A stretch of DNA of 63,101 bases, filler included, from Folioceros fuciformis (lineage: Eukaryota): NCBI GenBank assembly GCA_049999805.1. It is 6 parts of 6 records of this genome, joined end to end, with 100 filler letters (N's around TTAATTAATTAA, not from the genome) between each part and the next. Parts side by side here need not be neighbours in the genome. Positions count along the whole stretch, not along the records: positions 1 to 14,490 come from JBNGIO010001192.1; 5 more parts are not named here. The stretch is one strand, 5' to 3'. The notes beneath the pieces are model-generated. The model was not told the DNA's origin. It saw only the letters and a list, made by a program, of their open reading frames with translations, and did no database searches. Below, one piece after another: positions 1-12,147 of this stretch. The position numbers and the translations under genes were made by a program. The first letter of the stretch is position 1. Every line of letters begins with the position of its first letter.

Positions 1-2554
1 CCAAACACTCGTAGATGCTTGTATGACGGCTTCTTTCCAGACCACATCTCCTCTGGAACCTGTTCATCCTCAGCCCTATTAGGAGATCTGTTAATAAGAT
101 GCACCGCAGTAACCATTGCTTCTGCCCAAAATCCGTTTGGCAATCCAGAGTTTGACAACAAACTACGCATCCTCTCCTGGATGGTCATGTTCATCCGTTC
201 AGCCACACCATTCTGGGGAGGAGTATACGGCGCAGTCAATTCTCTCTTGATTCCCTTAGAATCACAGAATGACTGGAAAGCCTTCGAGACATACTCTCCC
301 CCATTGTTTGTCCTTAGACACTTTAGTCGGAGGCCAGACTGATTCTCCATAAGGGTGACGAATTTCTGAAACACTGTCAGAACATCATCCTTTTTCCTCA
401 AAGGATAAACCCACACCTTGCGTGAGAAGTCATCAATGAAAGTGACAAAATACGATGCACCGCCTAACGATACAATGGGCATATGTCCACAAACGTCACT
501 GTGAACCAACTCAAGAGGTTTACTTTTGTGTTTATCTCTTGCTCCATGTGGTGACTTCGTTTGTTTCCCATACAAACAGTGCTCACACACAGAGAAATCG
601 GAGAAGTCAAAAGCAGGGACGTAACCAAAACGAGATAAGATCTTCATTCTTTTTTGAGACATATGTTCTAATCGACTATGCCATAAGGAAACACTTGGCT
701 GTTCCGTTACACAAATCACATGATTCTTGACAGTGGTTACCTGAAGTGAGTACAAAGTGCCACACTTTGATCCACGAGCTAACACAAGAGAACCTTTGGA
801 GATCTTCCAAGAACTATCTCCAAACCAACAGTGGTAGCCAGCGTCATCCAACTGCCTGCGCTAATCATGCTTTTTGTCAACTTCGGAACATGCCTAACAT
901 CCTTCAATTTGAATGAAGATCCGTTGTGGAACTTCAGCTGCACATCACCAACGCTTGTAATCTCGCACGCGTAGTTATTTCCAAGCCGAACACATCCTTT
1001 CCTAGTAGCATCATAAGTGCTAAACCACTCCCTATGCGGAGTAATATGGATGATGCTCCAGAGTCAATTATCCAATTAGAGAATAAATGACTATCCACCG
1101 TTGTCAGTTGTGCAGAATGGAAGGAAGAAGAGATAAGAACATCTGCATCGTCAACAGAATTCACCTCGTTAGGCTTGGTACTTGAGCTCGCCTTGTTGTC
1201 GCTCTGCTTCTTTTAATTTTCTTTGTCCTTCTTGAACTTCTCGCAGTCCCTTCTGATATGGCCCTTCTTGTGACAATGATAACATTCAACATTGTTACGA
1301 CTACGAGACTTACTACGGGAAAGACTTTGCTCCTTGTATTTCCCCTTTGAAGTGGACCTTCCTCTCACCATGAGGCATTAGAACCTTTCGAAGGTTCCAT
1401 ATTCTTCCTGTTTACCTCCTCTGTTAATAGGCTACCTTCTACATTTACAACGGTAAGACCACTGGCAGGAGCGGAATTACTCAGAGCTGTACAAAAGGTG
1501 TCCCAGCTCTTTGGTAATGTGACCAACAGAAACATAGCTCTCACGGAATCTGGGAACGAGATACCTTGAGATGAGAGATGGCTGAAATGGTATTGAACTC
1601 ATTCAGATGATTGGACATCCTTTTCCCTTCCTTCATCTTCAAGTCCACCAGCTGTTTCAACTAGTACACCTGAGAAGCCGCACTTTGCTTCTCATATAGG
1701 TCACACAACTTCTGCCATAGCTCGTAACTTGTGGTCTTGTCTTTCACATTGAAGTAGACCGACTTCGACAATGTTAGCATGATGGTAGACCTAGCAAGCT
1801 CATCTAGATCTTGCCACTCATCCTGAGTCATGCTATCGGGTTTCACTCCTAGCAACTTTATCGGCTTCATCTGCTTCTTCTGCACTAGAACATTGTAGAT
1901 TTGTTCTTTCCAGAATGGGAAGTTAGTACCATCTAACTTCTTTATGTTAAACATGACGGTTTCTGAGGACGCCATATTTCAAAATCAATACAAATCAAGT
2001 AAAAAGGCTAGTTGGAAAACGATCAAGAATGTAATATAGATTTTGAAAGTTACCCTCGCGATTGTCCATAATTTAGGCCAACACGATGGGCCCAAGTCCG
2101 ATTCTGGTCCTCTTGGCGTTGCAAGATTAACTCGACCGTCTGCGGCTGGAATTCGGTCGCTCCCGACTGAATTCGCCCACGCCCACGTCCTAACCTATTG
2201 TGCACGACACCCACGTTCACGACTGGTGCCGGCGGCGCCCATGGCGTCCGAGCCCGCTGTGCCCATGGCGGCGCCCCCGCGGCCTGGCGCCTTCCGCCCG
2301 TGCTTGCTGTGGCGCTCCGGTGCGCCCACATTGCCTGCACCTACGGCCTGGCACCTATGGCGCCTCGCGATGCCGCTATCGCTGCCACAGCCTGAGCAAG
2401 GCACGGCTGGAGCCTGCTGCACTCCGGGCAGCAGGTGGCCTCAAATGGCCACCGGAATTTTGCCTTCACTTCGAAGCCTTCCTCATGCCTCAGTGCACCT
2501 CGTCCACAGCACCTGCCATCACCCTCTGCTCCACAGTCCTAGCTCCACAACCTC

Positions 2555-2566
2555 GCTCTGATACCA
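2555..2566 (-). promoter_or_regulatory. Primer binding site (tRNA-iMet) of copia element
   Basis: gctctgatacca on + = TGGTATCAGAGC on -, 2 nt from the LTR terminal CA. Confidence 0.92.
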
Positions 2567-2568
2567 GT

Positions 2569-2930
2569 TGAAGGATCAAAAAGGGAGCCACATGATGAAG
2601 GAGAAGAGGAGAGGAGAGGAGAGGAAGAGAGAAGGAGAAGAGAAAGAGAGGTCTCACAGTGTCTCTCACAACTCTGTTGCAAAGGGAGCTCAAGAGGGTA
2701 TTTATACCCTGTAGAAAAGCTCCCAAGGAAGCTTCACAAGAAGCTCACAGGAAGCTTCCTAAAGATTAGCTTAAGCTAATATAAACTAATGATACTTAAT
2801 TAGACACTAATCTTAGACTAATTACATTAGTCTAATTAAACTAATCACATGAGTTTAATTAGACTAATAACATTGGTTTAATTAGACTAATCACATTAGT
2901 CTAAGCACATTGGGCTTTAATAACCCTACA
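2569..2930 (-). repeat. 5' LTR of copia element
   Basis: Bounded by TG...CA, adjacent to PBS, internal attagactaat-type short repeats (2795-2905); outer end inferred. Confidence 0.75.
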
Positions 2931-4189
2931 CTTCGGTGACCCACCATTCCTTAAATTTCAGAGTGAAGTGAGGCCCCGAGTGGGCGAGTTGGAGAAGAAC
3001 ATCGAGAGTTATGTGTGGATTGTGACGAGAGAGTGTGTGAGTAAGAGCGCTGAAGAGCGCCCGTTGGAATGTGGTGCTGGGTGACTGACGTGGTGTGGGC
3101 TGTGAGTGGCCGTGGGTCACGAGTGTAGCGACAATAGAAGGGAGGAACTGTGTGATTGAATGATTGTGACGGCTGAGTGCGAGTTTGGAGTGTGCCGCAA
3201 GTTGGGCTGAGAGATTGTAAACCTGGAACGGTGGATGTGGTGCGCCGCGGAAAGAGGTCGTGCATGACAAGAGAGTGAATAGAGTAAGGAAATGAAGGAA
3301 GTTGGGCGTGACCATTTACTGTGATGGAATGTCGTGAGGTAAGGAGATGGCGGTATGTCAGTGAGACTGAAGCGGAAGGACTCACAGTGGTGGTGTGAGT
3401 CCAACCTAAGTGGTGGCTGAACATAGTAGTGGGTGACAGCGTGCTGACTGATTAGGGGCCGTGTATAGGTAGGTATGTGTGTGTGTGTGGTGGGTGCGCT
3501 GTTGTGCATAGTGAAGCCTAAGAGGCCCTGAGGGAGATGGAAAGAGTTAGTGGCAGACGCAGCGAGGGAGCTGGTATGTATGTGCGTATGAACTAAGTGC
3601 CCTTGAGTCCTAAGAGGGGTGGTGAGTAAAGCGCGGAGGGATGGAAGGAGGTGAGTTGTGTGGAAGGAGGGATCGCGAGTGAGAGAACGGAGACTGAGGT
3701 GAGACTCGTCTGTCAGGAGGCATAAGCTGGAAAAGTAAGTCGTGGGGTAAATTAGAGAGAGAGTGAGAGTAGAGAGAGAAAGGTTGAGGAGGAGAGAGAG
3801 AAAGAGAGAGAGAGAGGGTGGGCCCCATCGGGGTAGCCAGTTGGGCGACCGTCATGGAAGGGCGAATGTTGCAGTAGTCGTGGAGGCAACGAAGTAGCCG
3901 GGAGACAGTAGTTGGAGTGGCACGCATCTCGGCAGCTGAGTAACCCGTCAGGTAGCCCAGGGTTAAGGTAGTTGAGGGGGCGATAGTAGTAGTCGAGTCA
4001 TGGTAAGGTTGAGGTAGCTGAATAGGTGGTAGGTGAGCAGTAGACTGACCTTGGTAGTAACTGACTTTGTGAGAAAACCTGTGTTATTTAACACAACTCA
4101 TTCCCTTGGGATCGAATCCCAATGCTATAACGACAAAGGGGGTTTGTGTTGACCTCGCAGCACCCCCGGGTGCAATATTTTCCCCCACA
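2931..4189 (+). mobile_element. G/T-rich degenerate repeat, possibly a gypsy-type solo LTR remnant
   Basis: Strong G+T strand skew, (GT)n/(GA)n patches, no credible ORF, ends ...ttcccttgggatcgaatccc...cccccaCA resembling LTR 3' ends; inference only. Confidence 0.25.
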
Positions 4190-4524
4190 ATAGGATGCAT
4201 GCACAGGTGAAGCAATAGGAAGCTCACTGCATGGAGTGCGACAAAGTTAAGACCACCTTCAACATTCAGAATCTGCAGCTCCAGCCCTTTACCAGTATGG
4301 GCCTGCTCTTCCGGTTGTCCATCTCTGATGGTTTATCAATGGAACATCTCATTTTCCAATCATGGACTTCCCTCACTAATAGCAGATTGTGCCCAATTTT
4401 GTGGCATTGGTGGCTGAAATGCCACAAAATGAAATACCAGAGGCAAGTTGTGAGTCCTAGTAGTTCAACTTCAAGACCCCAAACTTCTGTTGACTACTAT
4501 CCAACCCTATGACTTGCTAAGTAC

Positions 4525-4950
4525 ATACTGCCCATACTTGGGACTCTAGAAGTTCTTACTGATCATACCATACTTGGGACTTGGGGAGTCTTGACTGATC
4601 ATACCATACTTGGGACTTTAGGAGTCCCAACTGATCATACCATACTCGGGACTTGGGGAGTCTCGACTGATCATACCATACTCGGGACTCTAGGAGTCCC
4701 GACTAATCGTACCATACTCGGGACTCTAGGAGTCCTGATTGATCATACCATACTCGAGACTCTAGGAGTCCCGACTGATATACCATACTCGGGACTTGGG
4801 GAGCTTCGACTGATTATACCATATTTGGGACTCTACAAGTCCCAATTGATCATACTCGGGACTCTGGGAGTCCCAAGAAATCATACCATACTTGAGACTT
4901 TGGGAGTCTTGATTGAAGGCACTACACTAGGGACTCTAAGAATCTCAACT
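4525..4950. repeat. Tandem repeat, 36-bp unit, ~12 imperfect copies
   Basis: Unit ~actgatcataccatact(c/t)gggactctaggagtcc(c/t)g; explains the TDHTILGTLGVP repeats in ORF 4591..5007. Confidence 0.93.
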
Positions 4951-7300
4951 GAAGAGCAACTCTTCCTCGAGGACGATATTTTTGAAAATGCTGTTCGAAG
5001 GGGCTAGTACCCATTCTCCGGCACCGGCGGTAGGTAGGTCTTTTGTTATTCCACATATGACATTTTGGGAGCAATAAGTTGTTTTTGAGAATGATGTTCG
5101 AAGGGGCTAGTATCCTTTTACCCTTTAGTCCAGCTCGGTTGGTTCCTCCAATCTTGAGTAGATGAGACTTTCCATCTCTTTTTCAATAATTGAAAATACT
5201 CCTTGTACACAAGATTTACTAAGAAATAAATTAAATATGGATTAATAGAGAAATATTACTTCTGTTAAACAAAGAGACTTATTTGGGGATGACCAAAAAT
5301 CATATGGGTACTCCGTAGTTCAACGTTTGATGATAATTTCAATACTCTTCAGATTATTTCAATTCATATATCAAGGTATTTATTCCAAAGCACAGATTAC
5401 TTCAGTTTGACACATCCAGGTGACCTCGTGGCATTGTGAGAAAGGCGAGTTCCTTCTCAAAGTAGCAAGGAATTGCTTGGCGTATCACCTACCATGCCCA
5501 ACGACAGCTTGTTCAAGGGTGTGTTGCTGCAACGCGTTTGGAGGGTTTGACTGATGTCAGGCAGCCCGCCTGTGCTGCCTGCGCACGTCTGTGCTCGTTG
5601 AAGATTTCATGGTGGTCGCACAGCCCTTGCGTGTCAAGTGTGGGCACACTGAAGTGTTAGCATCTGCTCCCTGAAGTTTTCACGGTTGCTGCAACCGCAG
5701 CCTGATGGTGGCTCCAACCGGGCCGGGATTGCTACGTCGTTGTCGCTTGCCCGAATCATTGAAAGGTTTTGCAATGGTAACATTTCCTCGTCACTCCCTC
5801 TGTAGTCGCTCGCGGGCGTACACGAAGCTCTCAAATAGCTGGAAACTAGAGTTGCGTGTCAGGGCACGGCAAATTGAGACATCCTCCCGTGTCACTCTTA
5901 CTAGGAATTCCGGAATCTTGGTCACACGGTCTTCGAAGGGATTGGGAGAGACCTGACGCGCTTCCTTCTCCACAAAGGGGAAGGAACCTCACAGCCTCAG
6001 ATCACATTACGCAGATGCGAAAAACAAGCACAGGTCTGTTTGCCTTGTCCCGCAAGCTCCGACAACAGCACTCGTCACACCATTGGCTCAAGCAATGGGC
6101 CGAGAGATCTGAGTACTCCCGCAGGCTCGGAGAAATGCTCTCTGATGCGCACAGAGGCCGAAGGACAGGCACAGGGTTGGTTGGAACTTGCCTTGAGCAA
6201 CAAGCTCCGACCAGGGGGCCCATCCAGCAACCTATTTTCACACACATGGGCTGACCTTCCAAGAGCCACAATACAGTCCAGTACAGTACAGTCCTTCAGC
6301 AGGCGCGCAGAAGGGTGTCTCGGCAGACAGACGTGCGGTCCAAAGCGGTCGTGCAGCTAGAAAGAGCCAACCCTCAAAATCATGGTCCTGAATCTCCAAC
6401 AGGAGCCACAAGAAGACACCTTAAGTACGAACGTCTTCCACCTCTTGAGCACATACAAATGACCCATGCCTTTTCTGCATCCAATTAATTGCGTAACCCC
6501 CCGGATACACAGTGGTCAATACATGTGAGCAGTCCAAGCCCTTAGCCGTGCTCCGTTTCCAGGCACTTCCCAACGCACACGAGCCTGGCAGCCAGAAGCC
6601 CGCAGGCAAGTGTTGATGCATTTGGGTGGAAGCATCAACGGTAGAGGCCGATTCGCACTCACTTGTGTGGACATCCGGTCTATCCTCCTTCCAGATATCA
6701 AAGCTGAGCCTCTCAAAGCAGCAGCAAGGACACTGCCACGAGATAGTATACTACCTTCCGAGCATCTCTGGCCTACTTTCCAAAGCCCACACCACAGCCA
6801 GGGACCACAGCCTCTGCAAGGCCTCCCATTGGCGTGCTCAGGGCAAATGTCAACACCACAGAGCCATCTTGTCGCCTCCCCATGTTTAGCAGCAGAGGGA
6901 CGAATCGCGTGCGTGAATCGCGAGAAAAAGGCACCGTGGTAACGCGCTAGTGATGGCAGAAATGAGGTCACTGCCCGTGCAAACATTGTTTTCTTGCTCG
7001 CCAAGCCACAGCACAACGCCAGAAACCACGCCACGACACACTGGCACCACCTAGCCCATCCCCAAATGCCCCGGGCAGTACGGGCAGATGGGTGGGCCCC
7101 GCTTCTTCCCGTTAATAGCTCTCCACTGGCACTCCCCACGATTTCACCCCAGCGATGCGGCTCCGGCGCCCCGGCCATCGGAGCCCGGGCCGTGCCGGGC
7201 CCCTCTTTTTATCTCTAAAGCTCTCACTACCAGTTCCCGTCCAACACACATGGACGACATGCAGCGCACTCGCCAGGGCAGCACTTAGTATGTGGGTCGT

Positions 7301-7380
7301 GAATCGCGAGTTTTGAGCCGTGAATGCCCCCTTGGGTCGGGAATCGCGAGTTTTGAGCCGTGAATGCCCCCTTGGTTCGG
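7301..7380. repeat. 40-bp direct repeat x2 upstream of GRAS gene
   Basis: gaatcgcgagttttgagccgtgaatgcccccttgg(g/t)tcgg occurs twice in tandem. Confidence 0.9.
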
Positions 7381-8109
7381 GAATCGAGAACCCACAGCCC
7401 AGAACCGAGAATCGGGAATCGGTATTATGTACATACCTATATTACCTCTTGAATCTCAAACCTGATACGCCCCTGACAGGAGTCAAAGGGATGTCAATCG
7501 GGCCAGGACCCCCGTTTTGCCACCTAATCCGCGCGCTCTCATTGGCCGAAGCCCGGTTGCGCCGACCTCACCTGGGCCGACTACAACGTTGGTGCGGGGC
7601 ATATCCTCCTGGATACCTGATCCTCTACCGCGTCTAACAACGGTTCGAGTCGCGACTCAAGCGTCTCACGGCCCCCGGGCTCATCGGGTCCAGGGTGGAT
7701 TATTCTATCGCTTTCTGCCTCTCCTCGACGGGCCAGTTCGATCCGACAAGAGCGGTAGGCATCACACACTCGTTTGGGGTTTCGGGCGACAAATTTCTAG
7801 AAGAGGGCGTGACCATGGCGTCCTTGAGCAGAGGGAGCTAGAAGGCGCCGCGGAGGTGCGGGAGCGGAAAGGGAGTGGAAGGACGCTAGCCTACTTTCTC
7901 CAGGAGAGGGAGCATATTGTTCCCGCCTTAACTCGGAGAGGGTGTGGGGTTCTTCAGTTGTGAGCGTCTTCAGTGAGAGTCTGAGGTCCGAAAGGAGAGA
8001 AACTTTGTGTAGGAGACGAGGAGGAAGAGTACGTGGCGGCGGGATGGCGGCGGGGGGGCGGCTTTGCCGTCCTGGAAGGTATTGAGGTCGCAGCGGGAGC
8101 AGCACAAGG

Positions 8110-10116
8110 ATGCAACGTGACAGCGGCTCCACTGCCCGGGCCTCTTCTCTTACAGCGCAATTGCAAGACGCATGGTTGCGCTCGCAGATTCCCAAGCTCT
8201 CTAAGGCAGTGCCCCTGTCCAGCCGTAGCCCGCGGTCTGCCGGGGTGTCTTCCTCGTCTTCATCCAAGGGCTCCTGGAGCAAGCCGGTGAAGCTCGACAA
8301 TGTGGCCAAGCCGTGGGGGAGCGGGGGTTTCGGGGAGAGTTTGGTGATCTCTGAAGTCGGTTGCGTGTGGACTCCCCCGTCCACACGGTCGCTTGAGAGC
8401 TCCGGGAGCGCTCCATTTTCCGAATGGAGCTCTTCGAGCTCACATGGGGTGGGACTGGATGACGATTTATGGGACAATATGTCCCCTCGAGAGAGCTCTC
8501 TGGCCTCCAACTCCAACTCGGGGTTTGTGAAGGAGGCAGCTCAAGAGAAGAAACTGGCACGGTTTGATACCGATGACACGTCCATTTTTGCCTCCTATGT
8601 TGCCGGGATGCTGAAGGATGAGTCGCTTGCTTCCAAAAGGTGTATGGTGGAGGAGAGTTTAGCTTATCAAGCGGGGCACAACGAGCTTGCGGATGTGATC
8701 GGCGCTTTTGGAAGTCTTGATAAGTTCGGCCTTGCCGCGCGTGAGGAAAACGACGATTCTGGTGGATCTTGCTTGAAAGGAAAGGCGAGCCTTTTGCCGG
8801 GGTCTCCTGTCCCACTTGATGATGTCGAGAAATGGATCGAGAGCTTGCTCAGCGCGCCGGCTCCGCCTGTTGAGACTCTTGCTGATTTCCAAGAAAATTC
8901 GGAGAGCTCGAGCTTGCGTCAGAAGGAGGAGATGTGCGGACCTGCCCCGCAGGCTCCGGATAGGGTTCTGCCTGGCTCGCAGATTCCAGATCTGGATATC
9001 TTGCTTCTGCAGTGTGCGCAGGCGGTGTCTTCCGACGATGTGCTCGTTGCCAACCGTATCGTCGGGGAAATCCGGCACTACAGCTCTCCCTACGGGAATG
9101 GCGTCCAGAGGCTGGCGCACTACTTCACCGAGGGACTGGTGGCTCGGCTCTCTGGGAGTGGGGCAGACTTGTACTCCGCCTCTCGCAGCCGTCCCACAGC
9201 CACCGCCATGGTGCGAGCGTACCACATGTACGAGACCAAGTGCCCCTACGTGTGTCTTGCACACAGGTTCTCGAACCAGGCTTTGTTGGATGCCTTCGAG
9301 GGAGCCTCTCGGGTCCATGTCGTGGATTACGGCGTGATGTATGGTTTCCAGTGGCCTTCGTTCATCAAAGAGCTCGCCGACCGCCCTGGAGGGCCTCCAC
9401 GTCTGCGCTTGACTGGAGTGGATTTCCCGCAGCCAGGGTTCAAGCCGGCCGAGCGCCTGGAGGATGTGGGCAAACGGCTGGAAGATTGGGCCAAGCTCTT
9501 CGGCGTGCCATTCGAGTTCCAGGCGGTGGCCAGCAAGTGGGAGGCTGTGCATCCTGCGGCATTGGGATTGCGGCATGACGAGGTGCTAGCTGTGAATTGC
9601 ATCTACCGGCTGCGCCACCTGCTTGATGAGAGCGTCATGCCCTCCAGTCCCCGAAAGCTCGTGCTGAACCGCATTCGGAGCATGAATCCCAAGATCTTTG
9701 TCACAGGCATAGTTAGCGGGTGTTACAATGTGCCGTTCTTCATGTCCCGGTTTCGGGAGTGCCTGCACCATTACTCGTATGTGTTCGACTCTCTGGACTC
9801 TATTGTCCCCAGAGACTGTGACGTGAGGGCTCTTTTGGAGAGGGAGATTCTCGGTCGAGAGATTCTCAACGTTGTGGCATGCGAAGGTACGGAGCGAGTG
9901 GAGAGGCCCGAGCCCTACTACCAGTGGCATCGCAGGCTGAAGAACGCTGGTTTCAGTCAGCTCCCGCTCTCTAAATCTGCACTTTCTACATCACTGGAGA
10001 CCTTGCGGCAGCATCACAAGGATTTCGGCGTTGCGGATGATGATGGCTGGTTGCTTCTGGGCTGGAAGAACCAGGTAGCTAAAGGTCTGGCTGCATGGCA
10101 GCCAGCTGAAGCATGA
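8110..10116 (+). CDS. GRAS transcription factor, LISCL/SCL14-like subfamily, intronless
   Basis: 668-aa ORF with LLLQCAQAV, QRLAHYF, VHVVDYG..GFQWP (VHIID), PQPGFKPAERL, NVVACEGTERVERPE and terminal GWK..AAW (SAW) motifs. Confidence 0.95.
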   Translation: MQRDSGSTARASSLTAQLQDAWLRSQIPKLSKAVPLSSRSPRSAGVSSSSSSKGSWSKPVKLDNVAKPWGSGGFGESLVISEVGCVWTPPSTRSLESSGSAPFSEWSSSSSHGVGLDDDLWDNMSPRESSLASNSNSGFVKEAAQEKKLARFDTDDTSIFASYVAGMLKDESLASKRCMVEESLAYQAGHNELADVIGAFGSLDKFGLAAREENDDSGGSCLKGKASLLPGSPVPLDDVEKWIESLLSAPAPPVETLADFQENSESSSLRQKEEMCGPAPQAPDRVLPGSQIPDLDILLLQCAQAVSSDDVLVANRIVGEIRHYSSPYGNGVQRLAHYFTEGLVARLSGSGADLYSASRSRPTATAMVRAYHMYETKCPYVCLAHRFSNQALLDAFEGASRVHVVDYGVMYGFQWPSFIKELADRPGGPPRLRLTGVDFPQPGFKPAERLEDVGKRLEDWAKLFGVPFEFQAVASKWEAVHPAALGLRHDEVLAVNCIYRLRHLLDESVMPSSPRKLVLNRIRSMNPKIFVTGIVSGCYNVPFFMSRFRECLHHYSYVFDSLDSIVPRDCDVRALLEREILGREILNVVACEGTERVERPEPYYQWHRRLKNAGFSQLPLSKSALSTSLETLRQHHKDFGVADDDGWLLLGWKNQVAKGLAAWQPAEA

Positions 10117-11108
10117 CATCTTCAGGTCCTCTCCCTTTTCGGATTTTCCTTGTATCATATTTCGCTTTTTTGTTCTTTTGTTAAACTTGGGATTTAGTTA
10201 GTGCCTTCACGATTAAGGTAGCTAGCTCATCGCAGTGACCTGCTTTGGCGACCGCGAGCCAGTAGCCAGTTCAGTTGGTAGGTATCATTGGCCGTATGCT
10301 GCATGTGCTCGTTGCCAGGTCAACATGGCTGTTCCACGATGTTGCCTGCCTCACGTACTTGTGGCGCAGAGTTATTCTTTGGCGTGTGCTCGTTGATGCC
10401 TTGCATTCCCTGGTGCACCGCCTTCACAGCCGCGTAAATCTTTTCCCTCCCGTCGCAAAACCACCTTTTTGAAAACTAGCGGAACTTTGAAACACGACAG
10501 GCCCTGACTAGCAACACAACACAAGAACTCTATTGTAGACACCAATCTGTTTGCAACTACAGGATAATCACGAACAGCTGCTGCCTCATCCCTCATCCCT
10601 AACAAGGTTATTCGGTAAGCCCTCGATTTGGCTACCGCCTTATCTTTAATCAGCATGGGAATATGGTAAGCCCTTGCCTTTGCTCTAAACCCACAAACTG
10701 ATTAGAAAGTCTAGCCATTATTTATTTACTATTTAATAAACATACATATTAAAGGATCTGAAATCATAGATTTCCAATATGTGTGGACCTCAGCCTTGTG
10801 CAAAATTTGTGGCAACCCAAACATGCTCAATCCGTATGAATCCCTCCTTTGTTGGGTGCCTTGAACGAGGGGCGTTACTTGAGTCCCCCTCTTCCTTCAT
10901 TCCGCGCATAATTTTTCAGTTGGTTAAAATTACCTTAGAAGCCTATTAAATGGCAAACAACAAGACCGTGTGAGCACACCGTCCCGTCACCTTGGAGTCG
11001 GTCAAGTTGGGACACTTGCCGGGAACTTCGCCTAGCGTTGTGCAATCGTAGCCGTAAAACAATTTGTGCCAGGAAGCGTGCCACATGATTGATGATCATC
11101 AGGAGCGT

Positions 11109-11996
11109 TCAAGACAGCATCCCTTGTCTCTGGGACTCCAGAGCTTCCAGCACACTGTCCACCCAGCCGTCCAGGCCAGGGTGTTGAGGATAGAAAACTT
11201 TCTGCAAACCTGCTTTCTTGGCTGCAACAGCAGAAGTACTCCCTATGCAAGCAGCGGCTCCGCTCCATTCTCTGGTACTAGCCACTAGGTCCATCCAGGC
11301 TTTCACAGCAGTGGGAGAGGCAAAGGTTGCCACGGGTGCTGAGGCAGCCAGATCCACGGCTGCATCATCTAAGCCTGTAGCAGACTCGGTGGAGTAAGTG
11401 TTGAGGCGGGTGACGCTGAATCCGCGCTGAGACAATCCGTTCTCAAGGTCGACTCCCGCCTTGCAAGATGCCGGATACAGCACCCTGGAACAGCCGTTCA
11501 TCACTTCAGGGAGTTCTGCGGCCAGAACTTTGGCGGTCGCTACCGACGGTGTGAACTCCACTTGACCGGACTCGCCCTCGAACACTTGGCCTGTGCCTGC
11601 CCCGACAACAGCAATGCGCACCTTCAGGGAGCCGGCAGCTCTCCAGGAGTCGAGAAAAACCATTGCGGCCTCTGGAGAGGTCACCACAATCCAATCAAAC
11701 ACCTGCTCCTGAAGAACCTGCGCTAGCATTGGCTGGTCCGGCCCTTCCCGGTGCTCAATCAGGGGAAGCTCGATGCACCCTATACCGAAGGCACTTAGGG
11801 CTTTGATGAGCTTCTCATTCTTTCCCCGCTCTCGTGTCACCACAACCTTGGAGCCCTGGAAATCCCCGCCACCGGCCATCATGTAGACTACATTGCCACG
11901 GCAGTTGGACGCTACAGGTCTCAAATCTGCTCTGAGTTTCGATGTCTGCTGCCCGTACCAACCTGTGGCAGTGCACCCGGAACCTAGCGTCGCCAT
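11109..11996 (-). CDS. HEMD: Uroporphyrinogen-III synthase, plastid-targeted, intronless
   Basis: VVVTRERGKNEKL, FDWIVVTSPEAA, IAVVGAGT, VLYPASCKA, RLNTYST, ASPTAVKAW, AACIGSTSA motifs after a transit-peptide-like N-terminus. Confidence 0.93.
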   Translation of the reverse strand: MATLGSGCTATGWYGQQTSKLRADLRPVASNCRGNVVYMMAGGGDFQGSKVVVTRERGKNEKLIKALSAFGIGCIELPLIEHREGPDQPMLAQVLQEQVFDWIVVTSPEAAMVFLDSWRAAGSLKVRIAVVGAGTGQVFEGESGQVEFTPSVATAKVLAAELPEVMNGCSRVLYPASCKAGVDLENGLSQRGFSVTRLNTYSTESATGLDDAAVDLAASAPVATFASPTAVKAWMDLVASTREWSGAAACIGSTSAVAAKKAGLQKVFYPQHPGLDGWVDSVLEALESQRQGMLS

Positions 11997-12147
11997 TGGA
12001 ACTTCGTGAGTTGTAGATGAAAGTTTGCAAAGAGGATTTGGATGACGCTAGCCAACAACGCGGGTGCTGACATACGCAGGTGGCATCACGGTACGCGGGC
12101 AAATGCATAGGCTCTCTACAAAATGTGCAGTGTCGACAACTAGTTAC

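Larger units (their letters stand above)
1..2930 (-). mobile_element. Ty1/copia LTR retrotransposon, 5' part (LTR, PBS, gag, protease, integrase), degenerate, runs off window start
   Basis: Minus strand: gag N-term KKLDGTNFPFWKEQI (1661-1975, broken by an in-frame TAG), CYHCHKKGHIRRDC zinc knuckle (~1240-1290), protease WIIDSGAS (934-1164), integrase core (YFVTFIDDFSRKVWVY, TNNGGEY, QNGVAERMN) at 1-500, with frameshifts. Confidence 0.95.

Noticed and set aside
2043..2571. Overlapping ORFs in the copia leader
   Set aside because: Very GC-rich leader lacking stops in several frames; low-complexity translations
4100..4125. tRNA gene at gggatcgaatccc
   Set aside because: Only a T-arm-like hairpin; no A box or cloverleaf
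4525..4950. CRISPR-like array (36-bp palindromic repeats)
   Set aside because: Units are contiguous with no unique spacers, there are no cas genes, and the context is eukaryotic
4591..5007. 138-aa repeat protein ORF
   Set aside because: By-product of the 36-bp tandem repeat; non-ATG start and frameshifts in later units
7797..9930. Long antisense and alternate-frame ORFs over the GRAS gene
   Set aside because: Shadow ORFs of a GC-rich CDS, with no motifs
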